64,000 bases of DNA, from contig NC_043000.1 of assembly GCF_006345805.1 (NCBI RefSeq), positions 48,546,001-48,610,000 of the forward strand. Direction: 5' to 3'. The DNA is from Octopus sinensis (lineage: Eukaryota). The notes beneath the pieces are model-generated. The model was not told the origin of the DNA. It ran no database searches and saw only the letters and a list, made by a program, of their open reading frames with translations. Shown here piece by piece: positions 12,129 through 25,762 of the stretch (within the stretch, counting starts at the first letter, position 1; each line of letters begins with the position of its first letter). The position numbers were made by a program, and so were the translations under genes.

Positions 12129-12615
12129 ATAATAATAATAATAATAATAATTATAATAATATGATAACAATACTAATAATAATAGTAATAATATGATAAT
12201 AATACTAAATAATAATTATGATAATAATAGTAATAATATGATGATAATAATACTGCTACTGCTGCTGCTACCCCTCCCCTACACCTTCTGCTACTACTAC
12301 TACTGCTAATAATAATAATAATATAATAATAATAATAAATAATAATAATGATAATAGTAATAATATGATGATAATAATAGTAATAATAATAATAATAATA
12401 ATAATACTGCTGCTACCCCTCCCCTACACCTGCTACTGTTGCTACTACTACTACTACTACTACTAATAATAATAATAATAATAATGATGATGATGATAAT
12501 AATAATGCTGCTGTTACCACTACACCTGCTACTACTGCTGCTACTGCTACCATCCCTGCTAATACTACTACTACCACCACTCCTTATACTGCTGCTGCTG
12601 CTACTACTACTATTA
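11930..12615. repeat. Compound (TAC)n/(TAA)n/(TGC)n tract with higher-order duplication
   Basis: Direct inspection; ctgctgctacccctcccctacacc occurs twice. Confidence 0.95.
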
Positions 12616-13319
12616 CTGAGGTGTTTTGAAGTATCCGCACATGTTATTTACTCAATGTACTTATCTTATTTAACGTGCATAAAGCTATTAATGCTGTAGT
12701 TGTTTTTTCCCCCTTGCCCCATGTTTAATCCTGCAAGAAAAGATATGTAGCTTGCAGGTTATCGTACAAGCAACGAAGCATGATCCCCGAGTGTCACCTT
12801 TCCGTCATTAAACGGGCAATCCAACCCTCAGATTCACACATGCTTTTCTTACCTCTTTTTTGTTTTCATTTATAGCATAACCATCTTTCAAGGTATCTTT
12901 AAATTTTCTTTTTGTCCTTAGATAATGTTGTATAGGTTGTTTGTTTATAGTATCTGATTGCTATTTCTAGCAAAACGTAATGCCGTGACCGTAAAGAGAT
13001 TTTCGAAATAACTCACCAGAGACTTATTTTCCTGTCGAAAAGCAGATCAGATCTGTTTCTGCTCACTCTCTATTTTTCTTCTCCGCTTTGTTAATTTCTC
13101 TTCTGACCCAACTATACAACAAGTAGCCATACTTTGTGGCAGTCAGTTGAAGCCAACCTACTTCAATGTACGTTAGTAATGTTTTTCGCTAAACACAAAA
13201 TGTCACACTCAATATTACACTCCTATCTTTTAATAAATCTAAAGCATTGAGCCTAGTCGCAAGAAATCAATATTATCTTCACACAAACAAAGGTATGTTT
13301 ATAGGTTTGCTTGCATGAT

Positions 13320-13350
<31 letters not shown>

Positions 13351-13628
13351 CAAGCAATAATAAATCTAGGTATGTATGTAACATAATAAGTGATATATAA
13401 AACGGAAATTTACTGCATAAATAGGGAACACATTCTCTGAGCATGTAGGAAAATCAGCAGCTACGCTGCATATTGACACACTTCTGTATGTGCTCATACA
13501 CACACTTTTTTATTTTCTTTATATTCTTATTTTCTTGTCTCATATCTCTGTTATAAACAGATTGATTGACACATACATACAACCGTATATACATACATGC
13601 TTGTGTGTTGTGTGTATATGTGCATGCA

Positions 13629-13670
<42 letters not shown>

Positions 13671-13816
13671 TATTTATCCTTTAAGTTCGTTTATGGGAAA
13701 CGTTGTGAACATGCACATAAAAACTATTCTGTTATGCCGGCTACAACCTGTTGATGCCGACCGGCAATTCCATTTTTGAGGTGGAGAGTCGCACCGAGCT
13801 GTGCCGGTATAATGAA

Positions 13817-14049
13817 GGCGGCGAGCTGGCAGAAACGTTAGCGCGCCGGGCGAAATGCTTAGCGGTATTTCGTCTGCCGTTACGTTCTGAGTTCAAATTC
13901 CGCCGAGGTCGACTTTGCCTTTCATCCTTTCGGGGTCGATTAAGTAAGTACAGTTACGCACTGGGGTCGATATGATCGACTTAATCCGTTTGTCTGTCCT
14001 TGTTCGTCCTCTCTGTGTTTAGCCCCTTGTGGGTAGTAAAGAAATAGGT
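13817..14049 (+). mobile_element. SINE family B, full length
   Basis: ggcggcgagctggcagaaacgttagcgcgccggg ... agccccttgtgggtagtaaagaaatagg. Confidence 0.92.
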
Positions 14050-15564
14050 ATAATGTAGGATAAATTTAGTAACATGATCTGCCCGATGTCCATGGATACT
14101 ACGGACTGTACTGTAGTCATTCTAGGAGAACGGACTGTGATCTGAAGAAACATGTGAATTATAGAAATTCACGTAGCGATTCATGAAAATATTTATGCGA
14201 TTGCTACATTCCTGATCTTACAATGTTCATGCCTCCCCACCAAAATAATGAAACAACGGTAGCAGTTCTAGATAAACTACTCGTCTGTTTAATAAGAATT
14301 ATTTCATTAATTTTTTTTAGTGTGTCTGTGTAAACATCGCAAAATCAGGGAGATAGCAATCACAGTATCAAGAAGATTATGTAAAAATTTAGCGCAGCTC
14401 CCAACTCGTCAGTTTCTCCAAATGAACAACAACCAATGACATGCTGAAATTTCTTATTAGAATCACCAATATTTAAAAAATGTAAAGAGAGTAGGACTAC
14501 AATCTATCCGTCACACGGATGGATAGTAGAATGAGTTTGTAAAGTAAAGTATCGTCAAAAGACATTTCTATTCTAAAGACGTAATTAAACTTAGCAACCT
14601 CATTCATAAGGGCTGATACTGGCGTTCTAATACATAGGGGCATGCCTACAATGCTTAGATATTTTTATGGTACGTATATATGTATATAGGTATGTATTTG
14701 TGTACGCATGTATACATACATATAAAAACATATATACACGCAAGCATTTATGTATATTATGCGGATCATGCGTGAGTATGTGTTTCTGTGCGTATGTATG
14801 TGCGAGACAGCGAGCAAACGTGTTTATATGTGTATTTGTGTATCGTATTTATATTTGAGATTTTAAGACCGTATTGGTGAGTTATCCTACAATTTATAGA
14901 ATTCATTGTCTACGTATCGATTCATCTTCCTCTCTCACGATCGATCAACCGATCGATTAATGGATTTACACATATCTGTTGCGTTCACTCTATTTAAAAC
15001 CTATCCTCTCTGCTCTTCGCTTTCCTTCTCCTCTTCTTTTTCTCTCTACCTGTTCAGAACCAAACGCACGCGTGTATTCACACATCCACGCAAGCACACA
15101 CAGACACACACTTAGAGTCGTGGACGGCCTAACCGGAGTCAAATACTCAGAACAGAATGTCAAGGTCCGAACATACATAGATATATGTATATACGATTTT
15201 CCTTTGAGATTAATTTAAGTTTTTCAGAGAGTTCATGCCGGTTGCGAACAAAGCAACAAGACGTTTTGGGTTAAGACAGTTCTTACTGTTTATAAATATG
15301 TGGTAGAGTTGGTGTGTTGGTTGAACTGTCGATGCATACACCCAAGTGTGTGCATCTAATCACAGAAGAACCTCACATGGAGCATTTTTGGAATGCTTTA
15401 CAAATCCTCCCTGGACTACTAATAGATTGGATTTGGAGAATCTACGTCAGTTTCTTTAGCTCTTTTCCCGTGAAACCGAGTATTTCTAGCTTTTTAGCGC
15501 AAAGTTCTTGGTACATAACCTAATGCACTTATGATAATAGGTACGAATGAGAATTGTACCCATG

Positions 15565-15596
<32 letters not shown>

Positions 15597-15830
15597 TGTA
15601 TGTATGTATGTATGTATGTATGTATGTATGTATGTATGTATGTATGTATGTATGTATGTATGTATGTATGTATGTATGTATGTATGCATGCATATATGCA
15701 TGTATGTATGCATATATGTATGTATGTATGTATGCATGCATATATCTATGTATGTATGTATGTATCTATGTATGTATGTATGTATGTATGTATGTATGTA
15801 TGTATGCATCATTGTGCATATGTATGTATT
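15565..15830. repeat. (TATG)n tetranucleotide microsatellite
   Basis: Direct inspection. Confidence 0.97.
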
Positions 15831-16264
15831 TGTGCCTCTTAGTTTGTTTTGCAAGCACCGCTGTCATTAAGTTTAGCTGTATATGGTTTTGTTCTGTAAA
15901 TGGATGTCGTTGTGTGGTTAGATTCAAAGATCCAGAGCATAACTTAGGAGATATTAGTAAACTCACATAATGAGTTTAATTCCCTGAAACGAACTCAACT
16001 TGGCAGATCATAGATAAATATACTACACCCTCTATTAGCCACTCAATTTGTTAGAAATATCAGTTAAATTTTCCTAAAATTACTCATTCCTCTCTTAAAA
16101 TATAACACGAAGTATGTGAACTCGAGTTACTTGCAGCTTGGTAAAAGATGGTATGGTCATAGACGGAGGAACCTTTTATCTAGGTCACTCCGATCAGATC
16201 TGCAACAACAGATACAGCCAATAATTCTATTTTAACCATCGCTCTCATTTTCTCTCTATATGCT

Positions 16265-16520
16265 CAGTGACTAGGGTTTTCGGCTAACGTTCTTAAGATT
16301 GTGGGTTCGATACCCGGTGAGTTGTATCCTTGAGCAAAGCACTTTACTCCTGTTCACTGAGCTGGCAAAAATTAGTATACCTGTAATTAAAAGGGCCAAC
16401 CTTGTCACATTCTGAGAGCGAAGTTAAAAGTACACGTTTCTGCAGAGTGCTCACCTTAATTTCACGAGTAGGTTATTTCGTTGATCGAGTCAACTGCATC
16501 CCTTGTCGTCGTAACTCACA
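16265..16520 (+). mobile_element. Old, internally deleted SINE related to family A tail 1
   Basis: gggttcgatacc B-box, ccttgagcaaagcacttta core, aaagggccaaccttgtcac ... ttaatttcacgag ... cccttgtcgtcgtaac. Confidence 0.7.
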
Positions 16521-16739
16521 GTGTACCAGTTTATATATATAATGGGAAGATTTACGAAAATAAACAAAAGATGAAGGCAGGTGGAGTACAAACAAGCAAA
16601 TGTATTAGTATGGCGCTCAGGAATAGAAATAGAACAAGTCTTTTACGTTTCGAGCCTACGCTCTTCGACAGAAAGATACACAGAAAAGAAACAAGGACAG
16701 AAACAAGGAGAGAAAAAAATGCGTGTAGGAGCTAACGGT

Positions 16740-16771
<32 letters not shown>

Positions 16772-17651
16772 CACGTGTGTATGTGTGAGAGAGAGAGAGA
16801 GAGAGAGTTGTGTGTATGTGTATGCCTGTATGTCTAATTGAATGCCTCTGTCTATGTGACTGCCTGGCTCTATGTATGTATGGCTGTATGTATGTATGGT
16901 TCAGAGAGAATTGTTTGAGAAGGAGAAAAATTAGGACTCAATTCATAAGTTTTGCTTATTTATGGCAAGTTGAAAATTTCACTAACCCATTGCACATACA
17001 CACACGCACATACACTTCACACACTCTCACAACCAAATGCACGCACGCGCACGCATACTCAACACATAAATAAACACGTACCTATATGAGATCATGTGTG
17101 TGTGTGTATGCGTGTGCTTGCACGCATAATGGAATGTCCTGAATTTATCGATGTATCTATGTATATAGATATATCATTGTGCAGAGAAAAGTGTGAAATA
17201 AATAAAAATAAGAAGTAAATGATATTAAGGTAGAAACTGAAGAAAACAGCATTAAAAAGGGAGAATGAGATAGAAAGAGAGAGGAAGAGGAGGGGTGGAG
17301 AAAAAGTGGGTTAAATCAGAAAGAATGAATAGAAGAGGAATTTCGAAAAACTGATTGGATGATATGTGAAATACAATGGACACAACAAGCTTTTGTGCAA
17401 AAAGGGTATTTTCTAATGTAAGAAAATCTTTGTTTCAATAAAGAAGAAAACTAGTGATACGTTTATCGTATTGGAGATACATGTAATACACATAGTATTA
17501 GTTTTCTACTATAGCTAGCTCACCATATGGAAATAATCTAATCATTAAAAATCAATGAGCCTTCAGATCTCTATTTTGATTGTGTTATCGAGCTAAGCAC
17601 TGATCTCTCTGATTCAGGCATTGATTTTATTTTCATTATATTTCCCTGCAG

Positions 17652-19814
17652 GCAACGCTTTTGCTTCTCTTGATCCATAAGTGTTGTAAAATTATTGAGT
17701 ATATGTTCACATATAGTAGGTAAAACTGTAAAATTGAATTGTTAAGGTACCAGAGTAAAAAACTGTTCCTGTATGCTTTAAACCCAATTCATACCAACGT
17801 TGACTTGACTTAAATATGCAAATAAGAATTTGACAGACAGATAGATTGATAGATAGATAGACATAGTCATTTTTTTTCGAAATTTTCATATTAAATTTCG
17901 ATATTTAATGGAAATTAACATGTATTAAATTACTTAATATAGAAGCGAAATTCGTGTCTGTAAATAATGATTGGTTTGTTTTTGACATCTCTAAGTAAAT
18001 AAATTCTAAAAATTTTTTAAATGACTTCTTACGTTCATGCATTTACGAAAATTGCAACATTATTGAATGAGTGCTACTTTCTTACACGAATGCCTTTAAG
18101 CTAAATATTCAATTAGTTTCTCTGTAGAAACATTAAAAAGGATTCTTAGAAGTGAGTAGAGGAAACCTTGATTATATATTGATAGCTTATTTAAAGACAC
18201 GACTGTGGATCGAATGTGGTTTTATAATACATCGACCATTTCATTTTCCTTTTAAAATCATTTTTATCGCGAATATTAATAAATTAACTGTTTAGAATCG
18301 TACATGTTTTTTTTAATTTTGCTTTCTTTAGTTTTATATTTTTATTTACCTTGTATAAATATTTTTCAGTTCAATGTTTTTAACAAATTTGTTTGATTTC
18401 CTCTTGTTTTTACACCTATTACTCTCAGTACTTATTTGCATTCAAAAAATATCATAGAATAATTAATTACTATATTGGAGTTCCTTAATACATGTCATTT
18501 TAAAAGGAAATAGTATCGTATTTAGCTAATAATTTCAAGATGTACTTTTCGCATTTTATGCAGGTTTTCTTGTAATTAAGTTAATGTATTTTTTAATATT
18601 TCCTCTATTTTCTTTGATGTGTATATTGTATGCAACGCGGTAAAATTTCAGGCCCTTTCTTTGCACGAGAAGTCTTTCATTACTTGTGTTTAGCTTTCCC
18701 TCATGCCTATACTTATACGCGACTGATTTAATATTAATATCCATGACAACTCTTTCTGTTCTTTCGTTTCATTTTGATTTAGTGTCAATATATTACACGT
18801 GTATTGTTGAAATAGCAATATGCCTTTGAAATATTCCATGTTTCTTTGTTGTTATCTGAAAGACTTTCTTGGAGGTGTTTGAAGGGCTTTTCACACGAAT
18901 ATATTGGTGACCTGAGAGGTAAATGAAACACGAATGGTATAAATCGATGGTGCATCTGAGGATCAAGAGACGAACGAATGTGAGTGTTTATCGGAGTATA
19001 TGTTTTAGAAGAAAAACAATTTAAAAGCCAGAGCAAAATGGGATTCAATGCCGCTTTTATCCCAACGTTTTAGGGCACGCCGCTGCAATCGAATATTGAA
19101 ATATGCGATTTATGATTTGTGGCTGTACGAATTTTCTCTTTTACTATTTATTAGAGAAAGTTAACGAAGAACTGCTGTTTGAAAACAGTTGTTTAGTTTC
19201 CATGGTGATCATTTTAAGAATAATGATATCTGCAGCATGTTTTATATCTTCAAACCAGCAATATCAGAAAGATGTATTTAGAAAGCTTGTTCTAGAGACT
19301 GAAATAGCTAGCTTGGATCCAAAGTATTTTCAAGTATTTGCTTTCAATAAACTTCAACTTAATGTTTCTTATTCATAAATAAATCTGTTTTGATGGTGGT
19401 GCCCTATTATAGCCATAGCTAGTAAAATGAGTAAGATTATGGAATTTAATTACATACTCATTTAATGCAGTACATTTTGCCTCGTGAAAAATATGTACTT
19501 GGTTAAAAACATATGCTGTTTTGAAATAAAAAACTTTGTTGCTTTGTGAGATAGAAGATATGCCAATAGTAATTAATGAAATAAGTTTGGACGGCACTTT
19601 GATGTGCTTTCCGAATAACCATCTATTAAGGCAACATGTCTTCCTTTTACACTACTCTTGTGTTTGTGATATGACATAAATTGATATGTACAGCTCCATC
19701 TACAATCGATAGACTACCATGTGTTTCCTCTAGATTATAGAAGTTTATACCGAAAGCTATAATGATTTTCTTATCAAGTATGCGTTGATATTTTACAAAA
19801 GGAATATTTCCGAG
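17652..19814 (+). CDS. Candidate phase-compatible exon chain of an unknown host gene (17652-17719, 18863-18918, 19155-19333, 19734-19814)
   Basis: Each segment has a pyrimidine tract plus AG and a GT donor; phases 0-2, 2-1, 1-0, 0-0 join into an open 128-aa peptide; no family recognised. Confidence 0.3.
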
Positions 19815-22549
19815 GTATGTTTGCATTGTGAAATGCGCGTGCTCATATATGTGAGCGTGCAAGTATGTGTGTCTGCGTGTATATATGTGTTTCTGCATGT
19901 GTCCGCGTATATGTATGCATTCTATTAGTTACACTGTAGTACTAGCAGAATGCCGATTCAAGATTTTATACATATATCTAAAAATACCATAATAATGGCT
20001 AGTACTTAGCTTTGCCTTATACAATGTTCTAAAATGTTCTCACCCCAAAATAACATAGCTCTTTCGAACAGGCAAGTATCGATGATAATAGCTTTTCTAC
20101 AGGCAAATCCTTCTTTATAGATTTAGTTATTTTCTATTGTCATTAAGATTTTCGAGAGTTTCAAACTATATATATATTCTTTGTGATGTTGTGATGTGTT
20201 TCACCCACGGTTTGACAAAATGTTTCTTTATGTTCACACTGGAAGTAGAAATAATCACACAAATATCCATACTCTAACTTGACTAAAGCTAACCACCAAA
20301 CGAAGGAATAACACAGTCCAAACTGCTGTTGGCTACTATGAATTGATAGGTCGGCAACCAGCCATGCATTTAAGCCAGCAATGGTTTGTTTGGTGGGGCT
20401 TCATCCGACAATGGATCAAAAATGCTCTCAATGGAAAGGAATGTTGATGTAGTTAAATGCTATAGCATAAACACTTATTTGCTTTTTATATCTGCCTTAT
20501 ATATGTAATCGTATATTAATGTAGATTTATATATGAAATGTGTTCTGTGTTATCATTTAAATACATGACTGTGATGGTGTTGATAATTCTGAAAAAAGTT
20601 TGCTTTTATAAGTTTGAAATTTACTTGTAACATGAAGTGTGTTTCTGAAAGAGACACAATGTAGTGTCTTGTAAAAGGGTAATTTATATTAAATTAACTT
20701 CACATTAATGTATTATTACTGATGGTTATTTTATCAGTCTTCGAGTAGCAATTCTAGATTCAGAAACATGTAGCATTGAAGGAAGTATGCAAATCAAGCT
20801 GCTGATCTAAACTGTCGCTGTTATTACTTATATTTATACATGAATGCCATTTAACACAACCTCTACATTGAAAACACAATGAAACAAGAGAAATTGAAAT
20901 TGCTATTCACTACTACTAATCTATTCCTGTTGTTCGATACTCAAGTTGTAAACAACATCTGAATTTATCGTATGCCAACCAAGATAGCTGGAAATGAATA
21001 CGTTTAAGATATTTATACTTTTATGCTGTTTGATAGCCAACTTCAAGTAATAAATATATTCATACCTACCAAAGAACCGCCCTGTTACACATGCAAAACA
21101 ATGTTTGGATTTATGAATATATTTAACGAAACACAAGTCAAAGAAATACCAAATATTCCGCAATAAATAATACGCTATATTTTATTCCACTTAGATATTG
21201 CTTATACCGTGCGCAGCTGAATATAACTACATCGTGCTGTGGTTGGCTTCAGCTATTGATTTTAGATTTTAGACCATTTGTTTTGTAATGGTGAGAAAAC
21301 TTTAATCTCATTATAACATCTGATTATTGCATGGATAGTGTGAAGATCTATTACCTATGCATGTGTATCTTCAGAAACATCAATATACAAATATTTCTGA
21401 GACTGAACATGTTTATGCATTACAGAACCGTAGCAAGAGGTAGTATAAAAGCAATTCTTCTCACTATTAATGCGTTATCACTCAAAAGTATATTTCCAAA
21501 AGTAAAATGCAAGTGATAATTTTACATACGATTGTAATACATTTTTAAAGAAACTAAACCTAAATGCATATTTTCGCGAAACAATGTATAGATGACTGTA
21601 CATAATGGTTATATGAATGTGAATTTCTATAGTGAACCGGATACTCAATTTTGGAATTCGCTTTCATCTTAGCCATTATGAACATGCATTCTCTTTTTGT
21701 TTAAAAACATTTATTTTCAATTCATTCTTTGAATGCTTCTCGGAGAAAATTTAGATATAAAGCTTATCTTTAGTTTTATTTCAGTTAGACTTAACTGTAC
21801 TTATGGATGTATATGAATATTGAAATAGTTATAACTAGAAAGCGTATGAAAATAAGAATAAAAAGCGACGTATGACGCACCGTGAAATATCCGTCTGTGT
21901 GCATGTGTGTATGGGCTTGCACGCGCGCGTGTGCATGTACATAATATATGCATACATACATGCACACACACACACACATATATAGACATGTGTGTTGTGT
22001 GTATGGTTGTATATGTGTATATGGAACATTTTAATCAAAATTCTTCATTGATAAAGAAAGCTGTAATGCAGCCTAATATATACAGTGAGAAGGAAAAAGA
22101 AAATGAATTAACAAAGGATAATATAATAAGAAAGAAGGTGGAGACTCATATATAAGTGGAAGAACAAAGGTCACAACAAAATACAATGGTAATCAATAGA
22201 TGAAAAATAAAATAATATAATTATATATTAGCCATATTTATGAGAAAATGTACTTATAGAATGGGAAAGAGATAGATAGGGAGACTGACGGAGAAAAAGA
22301 GACAGAATAAAAGACATGGATACAGTACAGAGAAAATGTTAAGCAACAAGGTGTGAAAGGAAATAAATGTTAAGAAAGAAGGTACGAAAGGAAATAAATG
22401 CAGTTAGAACTTTTAGGAAGCGACAGGAAATAGGCCAACGTATAATTGTGCTTGTATGTAAATTTAAATTTACAGTGATCATTGATCATGTACGATATAC
22501 GTCTTTCTGATATAGACACAAAATTCTCGAATTTAGTCCATTACAATCG

Positions 22550-22940
22550 TTTATTCCATTACATGGACCCCAGTGTTTGACTGGTAATTATTTTATCGGG
22601 ACAAAAAAGGATGAAAGGCGAAGTCCAATAGCCGAATTTGAATTCGGAACGTAAAGACGGACGAAATGTCACTAAGCATTTTGTTTGGTACGCTTCCGTT
22701 TCTATCAGCTCGCTTCATTAATGTATAATACAATATTGATTTAAAATTTTAGCACAAGGCCAGCAACTCCAAGGGTGGTGGTAAGTCGTGCTCAACCGGT
22801 ACTTATTTTATCAAACTGGAAAGGATGAAAGGCAAAGTCGACCCTGGCGGCATTTGAACTCAGACCGCGAAGTCGGAAAAATGCTGCTAACCATTTTGTC
22901 CAGCGCGATAACAATTCTGCCAGATCACCGCCTTAATGTA
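22550..22940 (-). mobile_element. Two tandem degenerate SINE family B copies
   Basis: gatgaaaggc-aagtc ... atttgaa-tc-gaac occurs twice; both end in ttaatgta..ata-t-tga. Confidence 0.75.
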
Positions 22941-23954
22941 CGATATAATACTGACGCATAAGTATATCCAAGTGCATCCCATTTTAGTTTGATACACGTC
23001 AAATCACAGTCCTAAAATTCACCGATTCGTTTCCTTAATACAGATTGTGTTTTCATAGAATGTTAATATGTTAAATCAACATAAGTAAGCCTTTCCCTCA
23101 TCACAATATAGTACTGTAAACTTTTGAAATCTCTAATCAAATCTAACAATTATGTAGTATTTCTTTTTTACAATAATATATAGATTTATACATTAAGCAA
23201 AACCTAGACCAGAATAATTCTCATGAAGTCAACACAAAACAAATTGAGTTTCATATTACAAGCATATAACTCGAAGCTATTAAATTTACTTATCTTCAGT
23301 TAGTAGAATAACGTTTGTTATAAAATATAACACCAGTTATTTGTCGTTCGTTTAAATCACATTCAAAATATAATGAGGTATTATTTAATCATCTGCTAAT
23401 ACATTTTGATTTCTAAGAAGTAATGTAGAGTTTGTCTCTTAATATGATGTCATTTTCGCTGAAGACTCAAACTTTAGAGAAAATACAATGACATCCAGCT
23501 GCAAAGCAATGAATTTTTAATTGTATATTTATCATCTTCACTGTAATAAACACACAGCTACATTCATTATTCATATATATTGGATATATTTTAACAGAAC
23601 TGAGTCAGCGATAAATTCACTAAGATTCAAGAACAGTAAAAGGAAAAGGAAAAGTATTTTTCAAACATATGTTGTTTAAGAAGGATACAGTAAATAGAAA
23701 CTAAAAAATTGATTGCTTTGTTCACTATAAACCACTAATTCCTATTATAAGTTATATAGATTATTAAGACAGTATCACTGATATATATATGTGACTGACC
23801 GTATTCTGAATGAAAAGGATATCTGCCATTCAATTTAATAAAAATGAATTGACACAAAAATAATTCCTTTCCCCAAAACAGCACCACAACGTAAAAGGAA
23901 AACAATTTCTTCCAAACCCTTTCAGACCAAGAGGCAATATTCCCCCACCCCCAA

Positions 23955-24358
23955 GTCGGCGAGCTAGCAGAAACGTTAGCACGCCGGGTGAAATGCTTAG
24001 CGGTATTTCGTCTGCCGCTACGTTTTCAAATTCTGCCGAGGTCGACTTTGCCTTTCACCCTTTTGGAGTCGATTAAATAAGTACCAGTTACGCACTGGGG
24101 TCGGAATATAATCGACTTAATCCGTTCGTCTGTTTGTCTTTGTCCTCTTTGTGGTTAGCCCCTTGTGAGTATTAAAGAAATAGGTATTTCGTTAGCCGTT
24201 ACGTTCTGAGTTCAAATTCAGCCGAGGTCGACTTTGCCTTTCATCTTTTCGGGGTCGATAAATTAAGTACCAGTTACGCACTGGGGTCAATGTAAATGAC
24301 TTTATCTGTCCTTGTTTGTCCCCTCTATGTTTAGCCCCTTGTGAGCAATAAAAAAATA
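23955..24358 (+). mobile_element. SINE family B full copy plus a head-truncated second copy in tandem
   Basis: Body gccgaggtcgactttgcctttca ... agccccttgtgag is repeated; junction at ggtatttcg (about 24183-24191). Confidence 0.9.
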
Positions 24359-24619
24359 AATATTCCCTCCACACACACACACTTAAACGTGGATGTTCTG
24401 TTACAACAAATTATACTGCGGTAGATACCATGACAGAAACACTCAGATTGGATTTTGGTGCTAAATGACTTTTGTTTATCTACCTCCTAGCGATATAAAC
24501 TGGGATTTGTTTTTCTGATAGCGATATAAAGAGTGAATCCCCCCCCCCCACAAACCAAATATAAGAGTTTCTGTCATGGTAATTTTGTTTAGAGGTACTT
24601 AATAAAACAACAACAGGAA

Positions 24620-24637
24620 CTACTGCTGCTGCTGCTG

Positions 24638-24694
<57 letters not shown>

Positions 24695-24708
24695 TGACTA
24701 CGACTACT
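24620..24708. repeat. (TGC)n/(TAC)n microsatellite
   Basis: Direct inspection. Confidence 0.95.
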
Positions 24709-24859
24709 TTTTGATTAACGTGAAAACAAGCAAAGCTAATGAAGTTGATCTCTCTATTTCGCACAAAGAATTTTGGCGTTTACTCAAAAGGTCTATTTTT
24801 CACATAGGCTTAATTTATGCTTCTTAAACCTTCTCTTACTCACTGAAACCATCCAGGCA

Positions 24860-25262
24860 TCCATCTTCTCGATACACTGGTCCTTGGAGGCTTGTGGAAA
24901 GCATATTCTTTAGGTACCTTCGTCTTGGAGCCCTAATTAAAGCAATCGTTATTACAATTTCTGGCTGGATTCCCAATCGTAACCGACAGAGACTATGGAT
25001 TTAATCCAAGCATCTGATTTTTGTTATTTATCCCTAGATCTCATTTTGGTTGATTTGGCCTGAAGAATTCGTCTTGCGATTCTTTCCTGAAACATTCTAA
25101 TCACACGTCCGTAGTACCGGAGCCGTGACCTCTTAGTGTGGAGATGTAGGACTCGATATTGAGAAATAACCTGATCTCCGTGCTAGGCATCCTCCTATCG
25201 AATAACGTTACTTCAGAGATCCTCAGGAGCCACTCCAATTCGGCTGCCTGCATTCACGATCG
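24860..25262 (-). mobile_element. RTE-clade LINE 3' fragment (degenerate)
   Basis: Minus-strand frames give QAAELEWLLRISEVTLFDRRMPSTEIRLFLNIES / RSRLRYYGRVIRMFQERIARRILQA, resembling the RTE post-RT region (AEMRFLR...RLRWYGHV.RM). Confidence 0.7.
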
Positions 25263-25400
25263 TGTTATTTCAGTTATTACTCAATACTGATCATTATAGT
25301 TGAGGATAGGCATGAAAACCGTATTGAATATAAGATAATAAGATATAAATATATTTGTATACCACTGCAGTTAAAATTCCACACAATTAAAAGTAATATG

Positions 25401-25512
25401 TACGGGAGGATGTATGAAAAGTCTTGAGCCTCAAAAACAAAACAAAACAGTACAAGACTTTTGTTGAAGGTACAAGACTTCAAGGCTCAAAACTTTTCAC
25501 ACACCCCTCGTA
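25401..25512. mobile_element. 112-bp mariner-type MITE
   Basis: TIRs of about 30 bp: tacgggaggatgtatgaaaagtcttgagcct and aggctcaaaacttttcacacacccctcgta; TA termini. Confidence 0.8.
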
Positions 25513-25519
25513 TAACATG

Positions 25520-25762
25520 AATAAGTAACTGAAGTAAAGTTCCTTCCTGACTCATGGGGATGGTTTCCAGGTTTCCATGGCATATATATTTCCCACTTGG
25601 ACGGGACGCAGGATTATTCATTTTTGCAAACTGAGTGAACTGGAGCAACGTGAAATGAAGTGTTTTGCTCAAGAGCACAACGCATTGGACGGTCCAGAAA
25701 TCGAAACCACAATCTTACATTCATTGGGCCAACACCTTAACCACCAAGACACGCGCCTCCAT
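25520..25762 (-). mobile_element. CORE-like tRNA SINE (family D)
   Basis: Reverse complement ggaggcgcgtgtcttggtggttaagg ... ggtttcgatttc ... cttgagcaaaacacttcatttcacgttgctccagttcactcag ... gaaacctggaaacc..cccatgag. Confidence 0.75.

Noticed and set aside
13732-13812. 10-bp inverted repeat (ttatgccggc / gccggtataa) suggesting a tiny MITE
   Set aside because: Too short, one mismatch, no second copy in the window.
14065-14180. YCSHSRRTDCDLKKH as a C2H2 zinc finger
   Set aside because: First Cys and last His are missing and there are no flanking splice sites.
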